This document shows positions 14,957-22,737 of a DNA stretch of 32,000 nucleotides, one piece after another (the first letter of the stretch is position 1; every line of letters starts with the position of its first letter). Position numbers and translations under genes: made by a program. The stretch comes from an uncultured archaeon (GTDB lineage Archaea; Micrarchaeota; Micrarchaeia; Micrarchaeales; CABMGC01), in contig OY969902.1 in assembly GCA_963704435.1 (NCBI GenBank), positions 480,001 through 512,000 of the forward strand, in the 5' to 3' direction. Under the pieces are notes generated by a model. That model did no database searches and was not told the DNA's origin. It saw only the letters and a list, made by a program, of their open reading frames with translations.

Positions 14957-16138
14957 TCAGATGGTCCTTCCGATTAGGAACTCGGATATCTGCTTTATTC
15001 TGTCCTTCGCCTTGGACTCGGGAAGCAGCGTATCCAGCTCCTTCCAGGCGTTTGCGACCAGCCGGATTGAGAGCTCCTCTGCGTATTCCTTTGATCCGTA
15101 CTTGTTGATGATCGATATGGCCTCGGCTATCTCGCCGCGATCCTTTGTGTGCGACTTTAGTATCTCTATCAGCCTCTTCTTATCCGATTCATCGGCGCGC
15201 TCAAGGGCGTGTATCACCAGAATGGTTATCTTTCCCTCATGTATGTCGTCCCCCACACCGCCCTTGTTCTCCGCGAGCTTGCTCTCGGTTATATTAAGCA
15301 TGTCATCCTCGATCTGGAACGCCACGCCAAGCGACGAGCCGAATTTTCCCAGCGCGGCAATCGTCTTATCGTCCGCCTCTCCGATCGCCCCGCCGAGCTT
15401 GGCGGCCATCGATGACAGCACTCCTGTCTTCGCATTCACCATCTGCAGGTACTTGCTCTCGCTCACCTGCATAGGGTCTATGAGGGCTCTGTGCCACGCT
15501 ATGTCTATCGCCTGGCCTACGGTTACCTTCAGACAATCTTTCTGGTAGATGCCGAGCATCTTCATCTTCGTCTCCCGCGACAGCTTCGCGCTGTCAATGA
15601 CGGCGACGATTGGGAAGTAGAACATGAAATCCCCGAGGTTGACCGCTACGTCCATGCCGTACTTGACGTGCACTGCCTCCGCTCCTCTGCGCATGTTTGA
15701 ATTGTCTTCTATGTCGTCGTGTATAAGCGTGGCGTTGTGCACTATCTCAGGGATTATCGAGAATTCGGTATAATCGTCGGGGTTCTTCCCCAGAGCCTCA
15801 AGCACCTCCAGCATCAGCACCGGCCTCCACCGCTTTCCGCCGAGCCCGAGCAAGTAGCTTGCGGGGTCTATTATGCTCCTCCTTATCGCATCGGTGTCAT
15901 ACTCGTAGCCGCTCCTGCCCAGCATCTTTCCGAGATACCTCGGCGAGTCCGCATCGTTGAGGTATTCCTTTATCATTGCGCTTATCTTCACGGCGCGATT
16001 CTTGATATATTCTTCGATTTCCACAGGACCACCATCACTTTCACAGGGGCTCCTCCCGCCTTCCACAAAGAAGTAGGGGCCGAGAAATAGATTTACTGCG
16101 CGAGCCACATATTTAAAGGCCTGTTGGGGCTTCGGCAT
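14957..16138 (-). CDS. Polyprenyl (geranylgeranyl) diphosphate synthase
   Basis: GGKRWRP, first Asp-rich motif LIHDDIEDNSNMRRG, second motif FQIEDDMLN. The start is uncertain. A TTTAAATA box inside the first 10 codons (about 16110-16117, minus strand) suggests a downstream GTG start at 16066 or 16024. Confidence 0.85.
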   Translation of the reverse strand: MPKPQQAFKYVARAVNLFLGPYFFVEGGRSPCESDGGPVEIEEYIKNRAVKISAMIKEYLNDADSPRYLGKMLGRSGYEYDTDAIRRSIIDPASYLLGLGGKRWRPVLMLEVLEALGKNPDDYTEFSIIPEIVHNATLIHDDIEDNSNMRRGAEAVHVKYGMDVAVNLGDFMFYFPIVAVIDSAKLSRETKMKMLGIYQKDCLKVTVGQAIDIAWHRALIDPMQVSESKYLQMVNAKTGVLSSMAAKLGGAIGEADDKTIAALGKFGSSLGVAFQIEDDMLNITESKLAENKGGVGDDIHEGKITILVIHALERADESDKKRLIEILKSHTKDRGEIAEAISIINKYGSKEYAEELSIRLVANAWKELDTLLPESKAKDRIKQISEFLIGRTI

Positions 16139-16166
16139 TAGGCGATTCCGCGAAGACGCAGCGCTA

Positions 16167-16637
16167 CTAACCTATCTTTACTTCCCCTGAGTCGATCGAC
16201 TTCATGAACTCCTTGGCGCTCTTCCCCTCGACCGTGATGTTCATGCTGACGCAGGTTCCGACCAGCTGCTTCACCTTCGCCTTGAGGGATCCGCCGTACA
16301 GCGATTTGTCCTTCGCCTTCGCGACGTTCTCGAGCTGCGCGAGCGTTATGTTTCCTGCGATCTCCTCCTTGACCTTCGATCCCTTCTGAACGCCTATCTC
16401 CTTCAGTATCAGAGCGCTGGTGGGGGGGGTTCCGACCTCTATCTTGTAACTCTTGGTCGCAGTGTCGACGATTATCTTCACGGGCACCTTTATGCCCTCG
16501 TACGCCCCGGTCTGGGAATTTATCTCACCGATTATCTTCGCTACGTTGACGCCGAGCGGACCTAGCGCAGGACCGAAAGGTGGACCGCTAGTCGCCTTCC
16601 CGCCCTCAATCAATCCGCGTATTGTAACTTCTCCCAT
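16167..16637 (-). CDS. rpl11: 50S ribosomal protein L11 (uL11)
   Basis: ..GGKATSGPPFGPALGPLGVN.. motif. The start is taken at MGEVT (16637) because the track start 16679 would overlap spt5. Confidence 0.92.
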   Translation of the reverse strand: MGEVTIRGLIEGGKATSGPPFGPALGPLGVNVAKIIGEINSQTGAYEGIKVPVKIIVDTATKSYKIEVGTPPTSALILKEIGVQKGSKVKEEIAGNITLAQLENVAKAKDKSLYGGSLKAKVKQLVGTCVSMNITVEGKSAKEFMKSIDSGEVKIG

Positions 16638-16650
16638 TGAATGCACCTTC

Positions 16651-17088
16651 TCACTGGACCTTCTCGGCCCTCTGCACAATTCTCGCTATGTTCGCCTTCG
16701 TGGTGACCGGGATCGGGACGGCCACGTCCATCAGCTCGACGGTGATCTCCTCCTTCGCGATGTCCACTTTTATCACCTTCGCCTTGTAGCCCTTGAACGG
16801 CCCGCTCACGAACTCCACGATGTCGTTGATGCCTATCTCCTGCGCAACCTTCTTGGTGTCCAGCATCTTGTTGAGGTCAGCTTCGCTCAGCGGCTTCGGC
16901 AGCATGCCCTTCACGTGCGGCTCGTCGAGTATCAGCTCCCTCGCCGCGTTCTCGCTCTCTGCCTCTATTATCAGGTACCCCCGCATGCCCTCGGCCATTA
17001 TTATGGAGCTTATGGGGATGTTGGACTTCTCTATCTTGTTCTGGAGAATATCCACAGTGATCCTTTCCTGGCTTGACGTCACTCTCAC
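16651..17088 (-). CDS. spt5: Transcription elongation factor Spt5 (NusG homolog)
   Basis: NGN domain (..RVTSSQE.. GYLIIEAE..) plus KOW (GPFKGYKAKVIKVD). Conserved position upstream of L11. GTG start. Confidence 0.88.
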   Translation of the reverse strand: MRVTSSQERITVDILQNKIEKSNIPISSIIMAEGMRGYLIIEAESENAARELILDEPHVKGMLPKPLSEADLNKMLDTKKVAQEIGINDIVEFVSGPFKGYKAKVIKVDIAKEEITVELMDVAVPIPVTTKANIARIVQRAEKVQ

Positions 17089-17172
17089 TATGAAATACGC
17101 AAAATCACTTCTCGGGGTCTATACTACTTCTTATTTCTTTATTATTATAAGCCTTTTGCAGACTGTGGTGCG

Positions 17173-18207
17173 ATGCTCGGCGTGAGGGTAAGGAAGGAAA
17201 ATGCGGAGAAAGTGAGGGTGTTCCTCAGCGGGAGCGGGAATCTGGACAAGGGCCATGCGGTGCTCAGGCGCGGCCCCTTCGTATACTTTCCGCTGGAGGA
17301 GAAACCGGATGACAAGGCAATGAGGGAGCTAAGGGGGCTCGGGGCAGGGTTATCGAAAGCGAATTTCGCCCCGCAGAAGGGAAAGATGAACTACGGGGAG
17401 CTGATGGCAAAGGCGCGCGGGTCTAGCCCTGAGGATTCCGCCAGGGGCTACGACCTTCTCGGCGACATAGCTGTGATAGACGCGAGCCCGGCTGCCGCCA
17501 GGCGCATGGCTGGAGCGCTGATGAAGGCGAACGGAAACATTAAGACAGTCCTCAGGAAGGGCGGCGCCGTGAGCGGCAGGTTCAGGACCAGGAAGTTCTA
17601 CTATGTGGCGGGAAGGAGGAACTATCTCGCGGACTACAGGGAGAACGGCTGCAGGTTCAGGTTCGACGTGAGGAAGGTATTCTTCTCCCCGAGGCTCGCG
17701 CACGAGCGCAATCGCGTGAGCGGGCTCGCAAGGGACGGCGAGAGCGTTGTCGTTATGTTCTCAGGGGTCGGTCCCTTTGCCATAGAGATAGCTAAGGCGC
17801 ATAGGAACTGTAAGGTAGTCGCGATGGAGCTCAACAAAGAGGCCCACAAGGCGGCGATAAAGAACAAGGAGCTTAACAAGGTTGGCAACGTCGCGCTCGC
17901 TCAGGGTGACGTCAAGAAACTGGCATCAGAATACAGAGGCTTCACGGACAGGATAGTCATGCCCCTGCCGAAGGACGCAGCGCGATTCCTCGACGAGGTC
18001 CTTACGGTAGCTAAGCCGAAATGCACGGTCCACTACTACGCGTTCTGCAAGTCGGGAGGAGAGAGCAGGACCATTGAAGGGATAAGGAAGTTCTTCGAGT
18101 CGCATGGGAAGAGGTTCAAACTGATCGCCATGCGGGAGGTACGGCCCTACTCTCACGACATGGTCGAGATCGTTGTGGATTTCGCTATCCATGATAAAAA
18201 GATATAA
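17173..18207 (+). CDS. trm5: tRNA (guanine37-N1)-methyltransferase Trm5/Taw2 family
   Basis: ..YDLLGDIAVI.., ..FDVRKVFFSPRLAHERNRV.., SAM-binding VVVMFSGVGPFAIEIA motifs. Confidence 0.8.
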   Translation: MLGVRVRKENAEKVRVFLSGSGNLDKGHAVLRRGPFVYFPLEEKPDDKAMRELRGLGAGLSKANFAPQKGKMNYGELMAKARGSSPEDSARGYDLLGDIAVIDASPAAARRMAGALMKANGNIKTVLRKGGAVSGRFRTRKFYYVAGRRNYLADYRENGCRFRFDVRKVFFSPRLAHERNRVSGLARDGESVVVMFSGVGPFAIEIAKAHRNCKVVAMELNKEAHKAAIKNKELNKVGNVALAQGDVKKLASEYRGFTDRIVMPLPKDAARFLDEVLTVAKPKCTVHYYAFCKSGGESRTIEGIRKFFESHGKRFKLIAMREVRPYSHDMVEIVVDFAIHDKKI

Positions 18208-18244
18208 AACTTCGCGTAGCATCTAGGTTTGAGAAAAGGATTCG

Positions 18245-20395
18245 ATGAGAGCGCAATCCGCCATAGAATTTATGGCCACGTATTCCTGGGCCCTCATAGT
18301 CATTGCGGTATTCATTGCGGTTGTGGGGGTGCTGATCCTTTCGCCCACGAAAGGCACGGCCACGCTGTCACCATCATCCTGCTACCTGACTCCTTCGCTG
18401 CCCTGCTACCAGTCAGTGCTGCTGACCAATTCGAGTGGGTCGCAGTTCATAGCGCTCTTCCAGAACAACATGGGCGTTAGCATGTACTTTCCTGCCAATG
18501 CCATATCCCTGCACCCGTCCTACTCGTCAAGCACGGCCTATTCCGGGTCGTGCCTGCCCCAGACCGCGCCTCCTGGCGCAACAGTGATATGCAACGTCAG
18601 CATTGCGACCTACAGCCCCGCGGTCGGAACGCAGCTCTACCCGACTTTCACGCTGAGCTACCAGATATGCCCTTCCTGCGCCACCGCGGGCGCGCAGAGT
18701 TATAACACGAGCGGCACCTCCACGCTTACCGCGTCCTCCTTCAGCAGCGTCCTCTACAGCGTACAGCTGCTCACGAGCACAGGGACCGGGAACATAGTGG
18801 TCGGCGGCGTGAAGTACCCGAGCGGCGCGAACGTAATCTTCCTGGCGGGGGTCAATTATCCCATATATGCGATACCACCAAGCGGCATCGTCAATTTCGG
18901 GGGTTGGTTGAGCTCGAACTTGGTCGTCGGGAGCCCCATGCAGCAGTCCACCACCGCGCAGGGCGCCATAAACCCTGATCCGGCGGCGTGCCTCCGGGCG
19001 GCCTTTAACTCCCTTTTCTACTCGCTTTCGATGTCGGTTAGTCCGAGTGGGGGAGGCACGGTCACACCGCTCGGAGGCTCTTACTCAATGGGAACAGTAG
19101 TGCCGATATACGCGACACCGAGCATCAACTATGCGTTCTCGAGCTGGAATGGAGTAGGGACTGGCAGCTACACCGGCTCAGCGAGTTCCGCGAGCGTGAC
19201 AATGAACAGTGCCATAACTGAGACTGCCAACTTCAACCCGATGCTTACTGTAATCAACAGCGGCTGCACTTCCGTATCCGGCTCCGGTACATACAACTAT
19301 GGTTCATCCGCCCAGTTCTCCGCAGTGGTGCCAACAGGCGCCATCCTAGGATGGACAGGCTCCGGAACGGGTTACTACTCTGGATCGAATAATCCCGGAT
19401 CTGTGACAATGTACAATCCGATTACGGAAACCGCAACGTGTAGTGGTGCCTACGTCCCGATAACCCTGACGAATTCCGCGGGTTCTGCAACGGCATCATC
19501 TTTCCCGCAGATGATTACGGTCAATTCTAACACATACTCCTCGTATGAAAGCTCTGGCTTGCAGAACATAGAATTCACCACGGGCGCTGCAGGAACAGGT
19601 CTGGTACTGTACGCTTGGTGCGAGAGTGGGTGCACAAGCACCAGCACGTCCACTGTCTGGTGGGTCGAGCTAGTCAGGTCCATATCCGGCAGCGGGGGCA
19701 CGCAAATGGTGTACATGAACTTCGTGCCGAGCAGCATGATGACGGGCACTACCGGATTCACGGGCGAGGCGCCGCAGCTATACGGAGGAAGTTACGCGCA
19801 GACGAGCTACGCCCAGTATGACAACGGAGCGGAGATATTCAACTATTATGACAATTTCTTGGGCGCGACGGTCGGGAGCCAGTACACGCAAGTCCTAGGA
19901 GCGACTATGTCAATCTCTCAGAGCAATGGACTGACGCTCTCTTGTGGGTCAGGGGATGGGGGAATAATATTGAACAACGGCTTTGTAGCAGGAACGGAAA
20001 TATTTGATGCCGATATTACTTCACTGTCCAGCAGCTATCCGGCACTGGCGCTGCTAACTGGCAACACTGCCTCGTCAGGAGGATACTGGTTTAGCTATGG
20101 CGATGGCATCGTAGAAGCCTATATGGCCTCAGGGGTGGCACAGGCGACACCAACTCCAAATCTAGCAACTGGAATAGAGGGTGGCGTATGGCTCACCTCT
20201 TCTTCGCAGACCTGGTATAATAATTATGTTCCGACTTCCGGGACGGTCAGCTATTATTCCATCGGATCGACTACATATGCTGCATTAGGCTCCTGGTACA
20301 AAACAGGCGGAACTTCAATAGAGCAGTGGATCAGACTTCGCGCCTACCCGCCAAGCGGTGCCATGCCGACGGCGAGCTTTGGTAGCTTGGCATGA
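18245..20395 (+). CDS. Large surface protein with class III (type IV pilin-like) signal peptide, three B-repeat-like modules and a C-terminal DUF2341/LamG-like region
   Basis: The N-terminus MRA|QSAIEFMATYSWALIVIAVFIAVVGVLIL matches the archaeal class III signal pattern (basic residues, A/G-Q cleavage site, Glu at +5, hydrophobic helix). Repeats of ~70 aa end in ..W.G.GTG.Y.GS....SVTM...ITETA.. (nt ~18752-19441). The C-terminal half is Ser/Thr/Gly-rich and ends ..WIRLRAYPPSG... Confidence 0.65.
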   Translation: MRAQSAIEFMATYSWALIVIAVFIAVVGVLILSPTKGTATLSPSSCYLTPSLPCYQSVLLTNSSGSQFIALFQNNMGVSMYFPANAISLHPSYSSSTAYSGSCLPQTAPPGATVICNVSIATYSPAVGTQLYPTFTLSYQICPSCATAGAQSYNTSGTSTLTASSFSSVLYSVQLLTSTGTGNIVVGGVKYPSGANVIFLAGVNYPIYAIPPSGIVNFGGWLSSNLVVGSPMQQSTTAQGAINPDPAACLRAAFNSLFYSLSMSVSPSGGGTVTPLGGSYSMGTVVPIYATPSINYAFSSWNGVGTGSYTGSASSASVTMNSAITETANFNPMLTVINSGCTSVSGSGTYNYGSSAQFSAVVPTGAILGWTGSGTGYYSGSNNPGSVTMYNPITETATCSGAYVPITLTNSAGSATASSFPQMITVNSNTYSSYESSGLQNIEFTTGAAGTGLVLYAWCESGCTSTSTSTVWWVELVRSISGSGGTQMVYMNFVPSSMMTGTTGFTGEAPQLYGGSYAQTSYAQYDNGAEIFNYYDNFLGATVGSQYTQVLGATMSISQSNGLTLSCGSGDGGIILNNGFVAGTEIFDADITSLSSSYPALALLTGNTASSGGYWFSYGDGIVEAYMASGVAQATPTPNLATGIEGGVWLTSSSQTWYNNYVPTSGTVSYYSIGSTTYAALGSWYKTGGTSIEQWIRLRAYPPSGAMPTASFGSLA

Positions 20396-20502
20396 AAAGC
20401 GGCGTTCCATATTTAATTTATGTGCTGGAGTACCCCTATGCTGTTAATTCAGTTAACCTCAGGCAGATTATTCGTTAAGTGTGTGTGCGGATCCGACTAC
20501 CG

Positions 20503-20566
20503 CTAATTGTACACCGACTTGTACTCGTTCCCGCTGTCGTCGTGGATGTCGATGCACTCGCCCTCG
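20503..20566 (-). repeat. Direct repeat copy A: orphan duplicate of the last 20 codons plus stop codon (plus the third base of the preceding codon) of the ferredoxin gene (gene fragment)
   Basis: 60/64 nt are identical to 21975-22038 (hand alignment). The minus strand reads ..EGECIDIHDDSGNEYKSVYN* versus the intact gene's ..EGECIVIHDDSGNEYKSVYK*. It lies 8 nt beyond the abiEi stop. Confidence 0.85.
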
Positions 20567-20573
20567 ATCGACT

Positions 20574-21203
20574 TCAGTAGGGACTCTCAAGCCTCTTCAG
20601 ATGAACCATCGGCTTGTACTTCTCGACAAAGCCCTTGACATCAACCCTTGTGCGCTCGTCATACCTGCCAAGGTAGCCTCCAAGCCTGCGCAAATCGATT
20701 GCGGAGAGGATGCCGCTGTAGCTCTGGACCGAAAGCCTCACGTTATAGTAAAAGAGGTCTATCAATGTCTTCTCGGGATCGGATACTGGCACAGAGAATT
20801 TCCCGTATCTGACCGTGCCAAACCCGAAGAAGTACTTGGCGGGCACGTGGTGAAGGAATATGACGTCATCCGCATCACCGAAGACCGTCGTTCTTGATGA
20901 CCTGACTCTCTTCATGGTCATCACATCCGGCCTCGAATGCTGCGTCCACAGGCCGCGCATCGTCAGCGCGGAGAGGAGGCCGTAGTAGAAGGGCGCGTAC
21001 GCGAAGCCTGCTACGGCATCGTCCTTTGTAGCCGAATAAACTCCCTTTTTTATGGAGTATATTCTTCCGCTGGTTTTTAGATAGGACAGAACTCTTGCGA
21101 TATCCGGCTTCTGCCCGGCACCTCGCAGGTACAGTTCTACGTCCCTGTACGTAAACGTCGGGTAGGAGGAGAACTTCTCAAGTATGAGCTTACCCGGCTT
21201 CAT
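20574..21203 (-). CDS. AbiEi-like antitoxin / COG5340-type transcriptional regulator
   Basis: 209 aa. N-terminal wHTH-like region (..FTYRDVELYL...ARVLSYLKTSGRIYSIKKGVY..). It overlaps the upstream DUF1814 nucleotidyltransferase gene by 14 nt, which is the typical partner arrangement. Confidence 0.6.
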   Translation of the reverse strand: MKPGKLILEKFSSYPTFTYRDVELYLRGAGQKPDIARVLSYLKTSGRIYSIKKGVYSATKDDAVAGFAYAPFYYGLLSALTMRGLWTQHSRPDVMTMKRVRSSRTTVFGDADDVIFLHHVPAKYFFGFGTVRYGKFSVPVSDPEKTLIDLFYYNVRLSVQSYSGILSAIDLRRLGGYLGRYDERTRVDVKGFVEKYKPMVHLKRLESPY

Positions 21204-21864
21204 GCGCCCATTCCTTTATTTTCTTGACCATGAACTCGAAACTGGGGGCCGCCCCGCTCAGGATCAGGTGGTCGAGGCTGCGCACGTTGCGGGGCGGGTC
21301 CTTCTCGGCCTCCTCAATCAGGGCGGCCAGCCTTCTGGCCGTCTGAGGCTTCCTGCTGCACAGTGCGGTGAGGTGATAAATGTCATAGAAGTCCTGGACT
21401 TCGGCCTGCTTGAATCCCCCTCCGCGCCTCTTGTCTTCGCATGCCTCTATCTTCTCCTCCAAAAGTTCTTCCGGGGTCAGGGATAGCACAACCATCTTGC
21501 TCCCATCCACCCTCGTGTACTCCACAGGCGCGCCTTTCTTCGGCTTCAGGTTCAGGTCTATTTTCATCTTCGTGGTTGATTCGACAAGGAGATGCATGGT
21601 CCTGGTCTTGCCGTCATAGCCCCTTTCCTTCAGCGCAAACCCCTTATCCTTGAGGAAATCGGAAATTTCAGTGAGAAGAGGGCCTGCTTCCGTCCGACCG
21701 CCGATATAGAAATCTATGTCCCTCGAGAACCTGTTGCCTGAATAGCACCGCCATATCGCGGTCCCTCCATGAAACACGAGTTCCTTGTACTTGCCGTAGA
21801 GCAGCTCGACGAGGACGTCCTCCAGCTTTGCCTTTTCAAGTTGGTCGTCGGTCTTGAAATTCAT
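21190..21864 (-). CDS. AbiEii/AbiGii-family nucleotidyltransferase toxin (DUF1814)
   Basis: ..ELVFHGGTAIWRCYSGNRFSRDIDFY.. matches the GG(T/S)aL...RfS.DiDf NTase signature. The start is taken at MNFKTDD (21864). The track's extension to 22323 is a spurious frame across the ferredoxin gene. Confidence 0.75.
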   Translation of the reverse strand: MNFKTDDQLEKAKLEDVLVELLYGKYKELVFHGGTAIWRCYSGNRFSRDIDFYIGGRTEAGPLLTEISDFLKDKGFALKERGYDGKTRTMHLLVESTTKMKIDLNLKPKKGAPVEYTRVDGSKMVVLSLTPEELLEEKIEACEDKRRGGGFKQAEVQDFYDIYHLTALCSRKPQTARRLAALIEEAEKDPPRNVRSLDHLILSGAAPSFEFMVKKIKEWAHEAG

Positions 21865-21882
21865 GCGGGTTCCCCGAATTTG

Positions 21883-21926
21883 ATAAGTCCACTTTATTAC
21901 AGTTTTATGTAATAATATGGACTTAT
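21883..21926. promoter_or_regulatory. 44-nt near-perfect palindrome in the abiEii-abiEi promoter (candidate autoregulatory operator)
   Basis: ATAAGTCCA-CT-TTATTACA gtttta TGTAATAA-TA-TGGACTTAT: 17 of 19 arm positions are complementary. It lies 19-62 nt upstream of the toxin ATG and overlaps A/T-rich TATA-like sequence. Confidence 0.5.
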
Positions 21927-21941
21927 ATCTTAATAAACTTA

Positions 21942-21954
21942 GCGGGAAACCCGC
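21942..21954 (-). terminator. Possible terminator hairpin downstream of the ferredoxin gene
   Basis: Minus strand GCGGG-TTT-CCCGC lies 21 nt after the stop and is followed by TAAGTTTATT. Confidence 0.3.
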
Positions 21955-21974
21955 TTGACGGAACTGATTGTGCG

Positions 21975-22038
21975 CTACTTGTACACGGACTTGTACTCGT
22001 TCCCGCTGTCGTCGTGTATGACGATGCACTCGCCCTCG
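21975..22038 (-). repeat. Direct repeat copy B (functional 3' end of the ferredoxin gene)
   Basis: See copy A. The repeat starts exactly at the ferredoxin stop codon. Confidence 0.85.
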
Positions 22039-22349
22039 CACTCTATGAGGCACGCCTGGCAGAGTATGCAGGACGCTCCGTTCGTAGCGCACGACAGTCC
22101 TCCGCTGGTTCCGTCGCTCTCCTGCGCGAAGTGCCTGTGACCGTCTTCCGCATTGGACCATTTCGCGAAGTCGTCCGGGTCGATCTTCCCGGTCCACTGG
22201 TGCTCCGCCGGCGCGGTGTCCGAGTTCGCCCCGTCCGCGTTGGGGTTCTCCTTCGTGCCCCTGCCCTTCATCTCGTAGACGCCCACGGGGCAGACGTCCC
22301 TGCAGTGCTGGCATCCTGTGCACCTCTCCTTCTCGACATACACGTCCAT
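21975..22349 (-). CDS. 2x[4Fe-4S] ferredoxin-type protein with a long acidic insert between the cluster motifs
   Basis: CTGCQHCRDVCP (CxxCxxCxxxCP) at residues 10-21 and CILCQACLIEC (CxxCxxCxxxC) at residues 95-105, separated by about 70 residues. Confidence 0.75.
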   Translation of the reverse strand: MDVYVEKERCTGCQHCRDVCPVGVYEMKGRGTKENPNADGANSDTAPAEHQWTGKIDPDDFAKWSNAEDGHRHFAQESDGTSGGLSCATNGASCILCQACLIECEGECIVIHDDSGNEYKSVYK

Positions 22350-22380
22350 AGCATCAACAGGTCTATTTGCAGCGCGCTGC

Positions 22381-22390
22381 TTTTATATTT
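22381..22390 (-). promoter_or_regulatory. Putative TATA box for the ferredoxin gene
   Basis: Minus strand AAATATAAAA is centred about 36 nt upstream of the ATG at 22349. Confidence 0.4.
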
Positions 22391-22503
22391 GCGCTATTCC
22401 TGCCTTTTTGGCCGGTTGGCCGGCAGGCAGTAAAATATATATGTTTTGCCATTTATATTATACGCCAGTTCTAGACCAGGGTTAGAGCTATCTTTCTTCC
22501 TTT

Positions 22504-22737
22504 TTGGGTGTAATATTGGTTAAGCGAGAACACGAGCTCGTACCTGTACACAAGATCATGAGCGCGGACGACATCGAGGACATGCTCAAGGCGCGCGGCA
22601 TAACCGCGAACAACCTGCCCAAGATCTCCGCCAGCGACCAACAGGCGAAGAAGCTTGGCGCGAAGCCTGGCGATGTGCTTCTGATAGAGCGCAACGACGG
22701 AAAGGAGTATGATTACTACAGGCAGGTAGTTGACTGA
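22504..22737 (+). CDS. rpoH: DNA-directed RNA polymerase subunit H (Rpo5)
   Basis: ..HELVPVHKIMSADDIEDMLKARGIT..LPKISASD..AKKLGAKPGDVLLIER.. typical RpoH. TTG start at 22504 or 22516. Confidence 0.88.
   Translation: MGVILVKREHELVPVHKIMSADDIEDMLKARGITANNLPKISASDQQAKKLGAKPGDVLLIERNDGKEYDYYRQVVD

Noticed and set aside
18229-18480. 83-aa ORF overlapping the start of the pilin-signal protein in another frame.
   Set aside because: The 18245 frame encodes a textbook class III signal peptide and continues for 716 aa. The alternative frame has no features.
21865-22323. N-terminal 153-aa extension of track ORF 21190-22323, which would make the AbiEii-like protein 377 aa.
   Set aside because: The extension runs through the A/T-rich promoter and palindrome and across the ferredoxin gene in another frame. 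It translates to Arg/Gly-rich nonsense. The NTase domain starts cleanly at MNFKTDD (21864).
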